From positions 6,266 through 70,265 of the IMG/VR virus record IMGVR_UViG_2974533118_000001: a DNA stretch of 64,000 nucleotides. The stretch is one strand, 5' to 3'. This DNA is from a virus. Its lineage: Duplodnaviria; Caudoviricetes. Numbering within the stretch: the stretch's first letter is position 1; the number at the start of each line of letters is the position of its first letter. A program made the translations under genes and the position numbers. Shown piece by piece: positions 8,701-17,445 of this stretch. Under the pieces are notes generated by a model, which saw nothing but the letters and a program-made list of their open reading frames with translations, did not search any database and was not told where the DNA came from.

Positions 8701-9267
8701 ATGACTGAAACAACCCCCGATTACGGCACCATCCCCGCAGCTTCCGGCAGCCACGCAGCCGAGGCCGCAGCGGCGACGCCGACGCCCTACGCTTACGAGG
8801 CCAAGCCGGCACCGGAAGAACGCGAGGAATCGCCGCTTGACGCGCTGCTGGCCGAGTCCAAGAAATCCCTTGAGGAATTTGTGACGTGGCAGGTAGATGG
8901 GCGCGACGGCTGGGCTGTCCGGTTCTCCAACGTGATCGAACCGGAAGACACCAAGCGTTACCGGAAGTCAGCAATCGGTAAGCGCAAGAACCCGGAAGAC
9001 GCCGACCAGGTGGTCGCCGCCGCCATGCCTCTCATTGAGAACTGCCGCGCGATCCTCCGCCACGGCAAGGTGGTTGTTGCCAGCGACGGCGACGACCTCA
9101 CGTTCGGCCACAACCAGTTCATCGAAATGTTCGGCGGCATGGGTTCCATCCACGCTGTCCGGCTGTTCCTTGGGCCGGGTCAGACCCTCTCGTGGGGCGG
9201 CGCTCTCTTTGAGGCTGCGGGCTACGGCGCGGACGTGACCGAAGCCGTGGACCCTCAGAAGTCCTAG
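8701..9267 (+). CDS. Tail assembly chaperone
   Basis: Between the tube and tape measure genes; ATG 8701 preferred over TTG 8644. Confidence 0.75.
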   Translation: MTETTPDYGTIPAASGSHAAEAAAATPTPYAYEAKPAPEEREESPLDALLAESKKSLEEFVTWQVDGRDGWAVRFSNVIEPEDTKRYRKSAIGKRKNPEDADQVVAAAMPLIENCRAILRHGKVVVASDGDDLTFGHNQFIEMFGGMGSIHAVRLFLGPGQTLSWGGALFEAAGYGADVTEAVDPQKS

Positions 9268-9449
9268 CCGAGTTCCTGGAGGAATCCGAATACTTTTGCA
9301 ACCTTGCGATAGTGGCGGACATTCTCCGATTAGACCCGGTGGTGGTGGTAGAGGAACGGAACTGGCGTTATAGGGCCGTCCGAACCGCCGCGGCAAGGGT
9401 TGTTGCCGAGGCTAGGAAACAGGCAAACAACAACAAGAAACAACAATGA
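9249..9449 (+). CDS. Frameshifted (-1) extension of the tail assembly chaperone
   Basis: Open -1 frame with no start codon (VLAEFLEESEYFCNLAIVADILRLDP...KKQQ*) that fills the gap to the tape measure RBS. Confidence 0.65.
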   Translation, partial: GPSEVLAEFLEESEYFCNLAIVADILRLDPVVVVEERNWRYRAVRTAAARVVAEARKQANNNKKQQ

Positions 9450-9464
9450 TTTGGAGGGGTGCCG

Positions 9465-12400
9465 GTGGCTACCACTGAGGAACGCGTGGTGCTTACGGTT
9501 GAAACCCGCGACGAAATAACGGCACCCCTCCAAAACATCACCAAAAAAGTTGAACAGGCCAACGACCGTGTGGCCAAATCAGCGCAGAACCAAGCCAACA
9601 CCGTCCAGCGCGCCATGGCTCAAGTCAGTGGTTCCCAAGCCACCGCCATGGGCGCCACAGACCGCATGGCGCGCGCCTATGACCAAGCCCTTGGGCGCAT
9701 GGGCAACAGTTCGGGCCGTGTCGGTGACGTGATCAACTCCCGGCTTGGCGGGACCGTGGATAAGGTCATGCGGAACGTCGCCGCATCCATCACCCGGGCC
9801 ACCCCCAGCATTATTGCTGGGGCGGAACGCATAGGGTCCGGCATTGGGTCAGCTCTAGCCGGCGCGGTCAATACTTCCATCACCGTGGGCGATAAAATCG
9901 GCGCTGGCTTGTCCAGTGGGCTGGGGACCGCTGGCAAGACGCTTGGCGTTGCCGGGGCCGTGGTGGGCGGCGTCGTCGGTAAAGCAATTTCCGGTGGCAT
10001 CAACCGCCAACTGAACATTGAAGACGCCCGGGCGAAACTGTCCGGGCTTGGTACGGACGCGGCCACCGTGAACAGCATCATGGACAGCGCCCTTGCCGCC
10101 GTCCAGGGTACTGCCTTTGGGCTGGATTCCGCCGCTACAGCCGCCGCGTCCGCTGTGGCCTCCGGTATTCAGCCGGGTAAGGATTTGACGCGCACACTCA
10201 AGCTTGTGGGCGACGCTGCCACCATTGCCGGGACTGACTACGGCGAAATGGGCGCGATCTTCAACAAGATTTCAGCGTCCGGCGTCATTCAGGGTGAAGA
10301 GCTCGCGCAGCTTGGCGACCGAGGGATCCCCATCCTGCAACTGCTGGGCAAGGAAATGGGCGTTACGGCGGCTGAGGTCAAGGACTTGGCGTCCAAGGGC
10401 AAGGTTGACTTTGCTACCTTCCAGAACGCCATGGAAAAGGGCATGGGCGGCGCTGCCCTCAAGTCCGGCGAAACCACCCGTGGTTCCATGGCCAACATGG
10501 GCGCTGCCCTGTCTCGCGTTGGCGCTACCCTCACGTCTGGGTTCTTCCCGCTGACCGTGGGCGGCTTCAACGAAATCACCAAGACCCTTGACGGCGTGAA
10601 CAAGGCCATAAAACCGGCTGCCACAGCCTTTGGAACGTACTTCGCCGGCAAAGCTGCCCCCATCATTTCCACGTTCTCAGAGAAAGCCCTCAGAGCCTTT
10701 GGTGAGGTAACTGGCGGCTTCACTGCCCTGCAAGCTGCCTACAAGAGCGCTGACGACGGCGTAACGTCCAGTGGCTTGCCCGGATTCATGGAACGCTTGG
10801 GCATTGCCGCTGGCAAGGTCCGCGACGCCGTGGCCGTGATGAATCCGAACCTGGACAACCTCAAGGCACTGGTTGCCCCGCTGGCTGGCATGTTCTTGGC
10901 CATGGGTTCCGGGCTGCTGGGCAACTTGCCCATCATTGGCCGGTTCCTGCCGGTGCTGAACCCGTTCTTGGGCATCCTGTTGGGTCTTATCGCGGCTAGC
11001 CCGGAACTACGCCGGTCCCTTGGTGACGCGTTCAACGCCATTGTTCCGGCGCTGGGGTCCGTGGTGGCTGCTTTCGCCCCGCTGGTGCCCATTCTGGCCG
11101 AGGTGGTGGCATGGGGCGTCGACCTCGTGGTCAAGGTCATTGACAAGCTGGTGCCGCTGTTCCCGGTCCTCGTGCCGCTGGTGGTGGCCTTTGTTGCTAT
11201 CGCCAAGATTGCTGGCCCGGTCATGGCAGCGTGGAGGACCGCCGTCGTGCTGTTCACCGCCGCACAGGTTGGCTTCCAAGCCGCCATGGGAGTCAGCACC
11301 GTGCTGACCCAAGCGCAGACCGCAGCGACCGAGCGCGGCACCGCTGGTTTTATCGCCATGAAGGTTGCGCAGTACGGCGCCGTGGCTGCCATGGCCGTGG
11401 CGACGGCAGCGCAGTGGCTTTTTAACGCGGCTGTGTCAGCAAACCCCATCAGCCTCATAATCATTGCCATTGCCGCCCTTGTGGCTGGCGTGATTTGGGC
11501 TTACAACAACATTGGTTGGTTCAAGGACGGCGTGGACGCCGCCATGAAATGGATAGGTGAGGCATTCCAGAACGTAGTCAACTGGTGGAACTCCGATTTC
11601 ATGCCGGCGCTGTCCGCCGTGGGTCAATGGTTCGTGGACGTGTGGACCAACGTAAGCACATTCCTGACGGACACTTTCACGAATATTGGTAATTGGTTCC
11701 GCGATTTCATCGGCTTTTTCGTTGACGGCTGGGGCATGCTGGTTGATTTCTGGAACGGCATTTTGCTGCCAGCAATCCAAGCCGTGGGTGATTTCTTCGC
11801 CCCGATCCTGGACTGGATAACGCGCCTGATTTGGAACGCCACGACCATTGCCGTGGCCCTGTTCTACAAACTCGTGGATTTCTGGAACGGCGTCTTGCAG
11901 CCGGCCCTCCAAGCCGTAGGCGACTGGTTCAACAGCATTTTCACATGGATTTACGAGACCATTATCCGGCCCGTGGTTGACGGTATCGTTGGCCTGTTCC
12001 GCACCTTGGTGGACTGGTGGAATCTCACCCTCATGCCAGCCCTGCAAGCTGTCGGACAGTGGTTCTCTGACATTTTCAGCTGGATTTACAACACCATCAT
12101 TTTGCCGTATATCACTTTCTGGATTGACGCCTTCCGCATGGTGGTGGACTGGTGGAACTTGACGTTCCTCCCGGCCCTGCAAGCCGTAGGCCAGTGGTTC
12201 TCTGACGTGCTGAACTGGATTTACAACGTCATCATCAAGCCCGTGGTGGACCTGATAGTCGGCGCCTTTACAGCCCTGACAGACTGGTGGAATAACACCC
12301 TTTCGCCCATGATTACGACCGTAGGCGGCTGGTTCCGTGATGGAATCGGCAAGGCCATTGAGGGCGTTTCCGGCTTCATTGATGGGCTGATAAAGGGCTT

Positions 12401-13001
12401 CCAGGGCTTCATTTCTTTCTGGTCCGACAAGCTCAAGCCTGTGGCTGACGCCATAGCTGAAATTTTCAAGGGCATTGGTGACGCTATCGGAAACGCCCTC
12501 GGCAAAATGGGCGAATTCGTCAACAACCCGCTTGGTGGAATCCAAGACATGCTTGGCATTAACAAGGACGGCAACGGGCAAGGCGTCATGCCGAACAACA
12601 GCGGCGGCGGCGTTTACCTCAAGGGCGGCGGCGTGCTTGGCTACGCCGGCGGCGGCACGGTCCTGCCGGGGTTCGCCCCGGGCAAGGACACGATCCCGGC
12701 CATGCTGTCCCGTGGCGAGTCCGTGCTGGTTCCTGAGCTCACCTCGGCGCTGGGTCCGCGCAACATCATGGCAGCCAACCGCGAGGCGTCCGGGGGACGC
12801 CCTGCCGGGTCCGGTCCCACCGCGTCGCTGGTGGGTGCGCTGGGTGGCGGCGGCGGAACCCAAGTAATCGTGGCGGACGGCGCCGTGCAGGTCAACGTCG
12901 AGGTAAAGGGCGGCGACACCGAGGCAGCCCAAAACGTGGCGGACGCCGTGCGTGAGGCTGTCGAGGAAGTCTTCGAGGAAATCAAGAGGCGGGGTTACTA
13001 A
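9465..13001 (+). CDS. Tape measure protein
   Basis: About 1178 aa; tape_meas-like core; Trp-rich repeats; C-terminal GKDTIPAMLSRGESV; GGAGG RBS before GTG 9465. Confidence 0.95.
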   Translation: MATTEERVVLTVETRDEITAPLQNITKKVEQANDRVAKSAQNQANTVQRAMAQVSGSQATAMGATDRMARAYDQALGRMGNSSGRVGDVINSRLGGTVDKVMRNVAASITRATPSIIAGAERIGSGIGSALAGAVNTSITVGDKIGAGLSSGLGTAGKTLGVAGAVVGGVVGKAISGGINRQLNIEDARAKLSGLGTDAATVNSIMDSALAAVQGTAFGLDSAATAAASAVASGIQPGKDLTRTLKLVGDAATIAGTDYGEMGAIFNKISASGVIQGEELAQLGDRGIPILQLLGKEMGVTAAEVKDLASKGKVDFATFQNAMEKGMGGAALKSGETTRGSMANMGAALSRVGATLTSGFFPLTVGGFNEITKTLDGVNKAIKPAATAFGTYFAGKAAPIISTFSEKALRAFGEVTGGFTALQAAYKSADDGVTSSGLPGFMERLGIAAGKVRDAVAVMNPNLDNLKALVAPLAGMFLAMGSGLLGNLPIIGRFLPVLNPFLGILLGLIAASPELRRSLGDAFNAIVPALGSVVAAFAPLVPILAEVVAWGVDLVVKVIDKLVPLFPVLVPLVVAFVAIAKIAGPVMAAWRTAVVLFTAAQVGFQAAMGVSTVLTQAQTAATERGTAGFIAMKVAQYGAVAAMAVATAAQWLFNAAVSANPISLIIIAIAALVAGVIWAYNNIGWFKDGVDAAMKWIGEAFQNVVNWWNSDFMPALSAVGQWFVDVWTNVSTFLTDTFTNIGNWFRDFIGFFVDGWGMLVDFWNGILLPAIQAVGDFFAPILDWITRLIWNATTIAVALFYKLVDFWNGVLQPALQAVGDWFNSIFTWIYETIIRPVVDGIVGLFRTLVDWWNLTLMPALQAVGQWFSDIFSWIYNTIILPYITFWIDAFRMVVDWWNLTFLPALQAVGQWFSDVLNWIYNVIIKPVVDLIVGAFTALTDWWNNTLSPMITTVGGWFRDGIGKAIEGVSGFIDGLIKGFQGFISFWSDKLKPVADAIAEIFKGIGDAIGNALGKMGEFVNNPLGGIQDMLGINKDGNGQGVMPNNSGGGVYLKGGGVLGYAGGGTVLPGFAPGKDTIPAMLSRGESVLVPELTSALGPRNIMAANREASGGRPAGSGPTASLVGALGGGGGTQVIVADGAVQVNVEVKGGDTEAAQNVADAVREAVEEVFEEIKRRGY
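11769..12300 (+). repeat. 132-135 nt coding repeats in the tape measure gene
   Basis: PA(L/I)QAVGxWF modules start at 11769, 11901, 12036 and 12171. Confidence 0.8.
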
Positions 13002-13670
13002 GTGGTCAACATTTTGGTTCAGAAACCGCAGTATTGGCACACCATGCGTGTCATTACTGACAACGGGTTTCAGGGGTCTATGCACTCCACGCCTACGGTG
13101 TTTCAGTACAGCGACGTTGCCAAGTATGGGCAAGTGGAGCGCGAGGGCAAGAAAGCCATTTCCCGGCTGGTGGCCCCCGGGCTGCGCACGCTCTCATTCA
13201 CGCAGCGTGTCGCGAGCCTGGACTACCAGCAAACCATTGAGCCTATTGTCCAGCGCTTCACGAACCTTTCGGCCGCAGGGGTCCGGGTCCGGTTCCCGAA
13301 CGGGTCCGGCCCATTCGAGCAACCCTGCTGGTGGGTTATCAAGGGCTTGGACGTGCGCGTGCTGCGGCGCGCCACGGACAACAGCATTAGCCACGCCGAG
13401 GTGTCATGGTCCCTTGAGGAACACGTCGACGTGACGGCCAACGCGATCAAGCCGCGCCCGGTGCCCAAAGCCCCGGTGGTGGCCCCCAAGCCTGTTGCTG
13501 CCCCGTCCCGGACTTACCGGGTGGTGTCCGGCGATTGCCTGTGGAACATTGCCGTGCGCTTCCTTGGCAACGGTGCGCGCTGGCCGGAAATCTACAACAT
13601 GAACCGCGCCATTATCGGCGGAAACCCTAACCTGATCTTCCCGGGTCAGGTCTACCGGCTGCCGGGGTAA
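13002..13670 (+). CDS. Tail tube initiator / baseplate protein with LysM domain
   Basis: C-terminal YRVVSGDCLWNIA...IYNMN...NPNLIFPGQ is a LysM domain. Confidence 0.8.
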   Translation: MVNILVQKPQYWHTMRVITDNGFQGSMHSTPTVFQYSDVAKYGQVEREGKKAISRLVAPGLRTLSFTQRVASLDYQQTIEPIVQRFTNLSAAGVRVRFPNGSGPFEQPCWWVIKGLDVRVLRRATDNSISHAEVSWSLEEHVDVTANAIKPRPVPKAPVVAPKPVAAPSRTYRVVSGDCLWNIAVRFLGNGARWPEIYNMNRAIIGGNPNLIFPGQVYRLPG

Positions 13671-13675
13671 CGGGC

Positions 13676-15019
13676 ATGGGAAGCACGCTAGACGCCAACA
13701 AGCTCAAGAACATTTCAGTGACCGGCAAGGGGCTGGAAGCTGACCTTGTAGAGGCTTGCCTCAAAGCCACGTTTTCCACCAGCACGTCCCAAGTGACTGA
13801 GTTCTCTCTGACGTTCCTGGACACCATGGACCTGCAAACGTTCCGTTCCGGGATCCTCAGCGCCGGGGCCACCGTCAAATATGGCGGCTGGCACATGGTC
13901 AGCCGTGTGGTGTCTCTGGGTTCCGGCGCTGCTGGCCCGGAACTGACGGTGAAGGCGCCGTCAGCGTTCGTGGAGGGCTACAAATCCGAGACCGGGGGCC
14001 ACTCATGGGGCGAACAGGACGTCGCCGCGTGGGTGGTAGCTCAAGCACGACGGCGTGACCTTGTGCCCGTGGTCCAGCCCGGGCTTGGCCGGAAAACCAT
14101 TATCAGGGCTGCCACGGACGGCGATAACAAGGAAAGCACATGGGACGTAATGGCGAACCTTGCCACTGCGACCGGGTGCTGGCTGTTCGAGTACGGCACC
14201 GTACTGGTCTTTGCGCGCCCGTCCTGGCTCATGAAATCAGACTGGGGTGGCCGTCACTGGGAACTGTACTGGAACAACTGGGCTGACTATCACGAGGGCA
14301 TGCAAGGCATGCCGGCGTACTCGAAAGACCCCGGCAGCAACCCGGCTGAACAGTTGACCGTTCGCCTGTTGTCCGCGGACGCTGACGAGGCACGCCCGGG
14401 CGACAAGGTGACCATGGGCGGCGCCGCTGTGGGCGATATGGGCGGCGACTGGATCGTGGTAAGTGTCAGCTACCCCATGACCGTGGCCGGTGTCGTCACT
14501 TTGTCGTGCCAGCGCCCCATTGATCCGGTGATCCCCCCAGAGAACACGGGAACGGGCACCAGCGGCACGGCTGCCAAGACAACCACCGTGGTGAGTGCAA
14601 CCACTGGCAAGGCCGGGGCCGGGGCGAACACGTCCGGCGTGGATGGGTGGATGGCTCGCACCAAGGGCCGGTATGTGGACACCGACGGCGCTTATGGCGC
14701 GCAGTGCGTTGACTTGGTGAGCCTCTACAACACGCAGTTTATTGGCGGCGGCGCGATCTTTGGCAACGGTAACCAGTGGTATGGCAACGCTGCGGCTAAC
14801 GCCAACTATGTGCGTGTGCCGGCTGGTCAGCGCGCCCAAAAGGGTGACATTGCTTGCTGGGGTTCCTACTACGGCGGCGGCTACGGCCACGTGTGCATTG
14901 TGGTGGAGGACCGGGGCGGCTCGCTTTACACCTTCACGCAGAACCCCGGCCCCGCTAACTTCCAGGTCCTTACGAAACAAGGGCTGCAGGGATACCTCCG
15001 ACCACGAAAGTTCGCCTAA
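13676..15019 (+). CDS. Baseplate hub with C-terminal CHAP peptidase
   Basis: Hub-like N-terminus; DGAYGAQCVDL...GDIACW...YGHVCIV...TQN carries intact CHAP Cys and His. Confidence 0.8.
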   Translation: MGSTLDANKLKNISVTGKGLEADLVEACLKATFSTSTSQVTEFSLTFLDTMDLQTFRSGILSAGATVKYGGWHMVSRVVSLGSGAAGPELTVKAPSAFVEGYKSETGGHSWGEQDVAAWVVAQARRRDLVPVVQPGLGRKTIIRAATDGDNKESTWDVMANLATATGCWLFEYGTVLVFARPSWLMKSDWGGRHWELYWNNWADYHEGMQGMPAYSKDPGSNPAEQLTVRLLSADADEARPGDKVTMGGAAVGDMGGDWIVVSVSYPMTVAGVVTLSCQRPIDPVIPPENTGTGTSGTAAKTTTVVSATTGKAGAGANTSGVDGWMARTKGRYVDTDGAYGAQCVDLVSLYNTQFIGGGAIFGNGNQWYGNAAANANYVRVPAGQRAQKGDIACWGSYYGGGYGHVCIVVEDRGGSLYTFTQNPGPANFQVLTKQGLQGYLRPRKFA

Positions 15020-15021
15020 AC

Positions 15022-15426
15022 ATGAAAACCCTTTGGTCTTGGTTGGTCTTGGCTCGCGTGTCCCGGCTGGTCAGGGACGTGCGCAGCGGTGAAAGCGCGG
15101 ACGTGTCCCACGCTGCGGCGGAAGGGCTGCGGCTGGACGTTGCCGAGGCGATCAGTCACGCATGCGCCCCGGACGGCTGGAACTGGCCGCGCGAGGATGC
15201 CCGGTTGCTGGTTGTCCTTGCTCGCGACGGGCGCAGCGTCCCCGTGGATTCTGCCCCTTATGGTTCAGTGGTGGAAACAGCGTCGGGGCGTCTGGGGCTG
15301 CGCACCAATGGGGGACTGATTGAGTCCCACGGGGCGGCGTTGTCCGTGGTGCCCAAGGAACCGGGCCGGTGGGTCCGGGCGTGGCTCATTCCCGGCGTTT
15401 CGTACTTTGGGAGGGCAACAACGTGA
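15022..15426 (+). CDS. Baseplate-region protein, possibly a degenerate NlpC/P60 fold
   Basis: PYGSVV...GRLGL...GLIESHG...WLIPGVSY; the catalytic His position appears to be Arg. Confidence 0.55.
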   Translation: MKTLWSWLVLARVSRLVRDVRSGESADVSHAAAEGLRLDVAEAISHACAPDGWNWPREDARLLVVLARDGRSVPVDSAPYGSVVETASGRLGLRTNGGLIESHGAALSVVPKEPGRWVRAWLIPGVSYFGRATT

Positions 15427-17393
15427 ACGGCAGCGCGCTGCAACAGGCAGCTAGGCAACCCACGAGGCAGGAAGCGCCGGACAAGGTGGAATCATTCCAC
15501 CGTGGCATTGTCTCCGAGGTTCGTTCGGACGGCATGCTTTACGTTGTCGTGCCCCGGCTGGCGGGGGATTCCCCGATTGGACCCATGCCGGCCGCGTCAT
15601 ATGCCTTGACCGTGGGCGAACGCGTCATGGTTGGTGCCGTGGGGGACTCCCGTGGTGACCTCATGATTATCTGCCGCGAGTACGGCGATTCCAGCGCGTT
15701 CCCGGCGTTCGAGGGTGTGCACTTGGCGACGGCCCCAACAGGGCCGGACCACGCCACAAGGAAAGACTACGTGGACGCCCTTGGTTCGATCACGGCGGAT
15801 CCCAATACGGTGGCGCGGCGCGGTGCGTCCGGTTCCTTGCTGGCCCAAGAGGTTTATCTCAGTGGAGTTCAGACGGCGAACAACGCGGCGACCCGCAAGA
15901 GCTACGTGGACGCCGGGGACGCTGCCCGGATGCCCAAGAACCCCACTTTGCTGCCCGGGACGGCGCACGACCTCAACGACTACCAGACGCCCGACATTAT
16001 GCACCAGAGCTTCAACGCGGCGGCGACTATCAGCGCCAACTACCCGTTGCCGCTGGCGGGGCTGCTGGAAATCTTCGCCCCGTCCGTGACGTTCCTTTAC
16101 CAGCGCTACACGACATATAACAACGTCACGCGCATTTTCTGGCGTGCCAAGTATTCAACCAGCGCGTGGGGTGCCTGGAAGGAAGTCCAGGACGCGGCGG
16201 GTATGGTCACGGCGTTGGCTGCCAAGGCCGCGCTTGTGCACACCCATGTTGCTGCGGACATTACCGGGGGCGTGTTCGCTCCCGCCCTATTGCCAGCGGC
16301 CACCAGCGCCGCCCAAGGCGCTATGTCAGCGGCGGACAAAGCCAAGCTTGACGCTGCCACGATCAACGCCACGGCGTCCACCATTGCCATGCGCAACAGC
16401 GCGGGTGACCTGACCAGCAATAACTACTTCATGCCGGCTGGAAACGCTCAATCGGCGCTTCCCCAATCCTTGACCCGGCGCGACTATGTGGACGCTCAAG
16501 TTGCCACCCGGGCGCCGAGCTCGCACGGGCACACCTACGCGGACATTTCCGGGACCGTGCCCACGTCTGCGCTTCCGCCGTTGGCCGTCAATGACGTGTT
16601 CACCGTGGCCACGCAAGCGGAAATGCTGGCACTCACTGCGCAGCGCGGCGATATGGCCATACGTTCCGACACGGGCAAAAGCTATGCGCTGTCCACTGAC
16701 AGCCCCGGCACGCTGGCTGACTGGAAAGAACTTATGGCAGCCGGTCAGGTCCAGTCCGTGGCCGGGAAAACCGGCGTGGTGGCCTTGGTCAAGGGTGACG
16801 TTGGCCTTGGGTCCGTGGACAACACGAGTGACGCGGCCAAGCCGGTCAGCACTGCAACGCAGACCGCGCTCAACGCCAAGGCGAATACCTCCCACACGCA
16901 TTTGTGGGCTGACCTGACGGACAAACCGGCGACGTTCGCCCCGTCCGCTCACGTCCACAGTGCTGCGGACCTGACCAGCGGCACGGTACCTGTTGCGCGG
17001 CTGCCGCTGGCCACCACGTCCGCGAACGGGGCCATGTCCGCCGCCGACAAGACCCTGTTTGATTCCATCAGCGCGGACACGGGCTGGGTGGACGTTCCGC
17101 TAACGGCGCCGTGGGTGAACTATGACACCGGGCTGCATGCCACGTTCCAGGTTCGCCGCATCGGGCAAAGCGTTGAGGTCAAGGCGTTCCTGAAATCGGG
17201 ATCCTTGGGCACAAACGTGGGGGTTCTGCCGGCTGGGTTCCGGCCCGTCTCCCAGCGCTGGGGCACGGCGACGTTCCAGTCCTCAATTGTGGGTTCCACC
17301 TTTAGCGTGGTCTACCCGGACGGCACGGTGTTTTTGGTGGGTTCCGGCGCGGTTACTTACGTGTCCATCGAAATGCGGTTCTTGCTGGGATAG
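15423..17393 (+). CDS. Baseplate spike fused to a tail-fibre-like extension
   Basis: GGAGG RBS and GTG 15423; gpV/gp45-like OB-fold N-terminus (FHRGIV...VVVPRL...VGERVMV); KxYVD, HxH and knob-type fibre repeats follow. Confidence 0.7.
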   Translation: MNGSALQQAARQPTRQEAPDKVESFHRGIVSEVRSDGMLYVVVPRLAGDSPIGPMPAASYALTVGERVMVGAVGDSRGDLMIICREYGDSSAFPAFEGVHLATAPTGPDHATRKDYVDALGSITADPNTVARRGASGSLLAQEVYLSGVQTANNAATRKSYVDAGDAARMPKNPTLLPGTAHDLNDYQTPDIMHQSFNAAATISANYPLPLAGLLEIFAPSVTFLYQRYTTYNNVTRIFWRAKYSTSAWGAWKEVQDAAGMVTALAAKAALVHTHVAADITGGVFAPALLPAATSAAQGAMSAADKAKLDAATINATASTIAMRNSAGDLTSNNYFMPAGNAQSALPQSLTRRDYVDAQVATRAPSSHGHTYADISGTVPTSALPPLAVNDVFTVATQAEMLALTAQRGDMAIRSDTGKSYALSTDSPGTLADWKELMAAGQVQSVAGKTGVVALVKGDVGLGSVDNTSDAAKPVSTATQTALNAKANTSHTHLWADLTDKPATFAPSAHVHSAADLTSGTVPVARLPLATTSANGAMSAADKTLFDSISADTGWVDVPLTAPWVNYDTGLHATFQVRRIGQSVEVKAFLKSGSLGTNVGVLPAGFRPVSQRWGTATFQSSIVGSTFSVVYPDGTVFLVGSGAVTYVSIEMRFLLG

Positions 17394-17404
17394 GACACCC
17401 CGGC

Positions 17405-17445
17405 CCGTCCCACAGTGAAACGGTCATGACCTCCACCATGGGGGC
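17405..17445 (+). promoter_or_regulatory. Late-class promoter, copy 5 (leaderless)
   Basis: CCGTCCCACA-N20-ACCAT-N6-ATG(17446). Confidence 0.75.

Noticed and set aside
11769-12300. Tape measure Trp-rich repeats
   Set aside because: An ordinary feature of tape measure proteins
718-13133. Long reverse-strand ORFs (718-1668, 2311-4332, 6664-8175, 11436-13133)
   Set aside because: Antisense shadows of strongly biased high-GC genes; no RBS and no recognisable motifs
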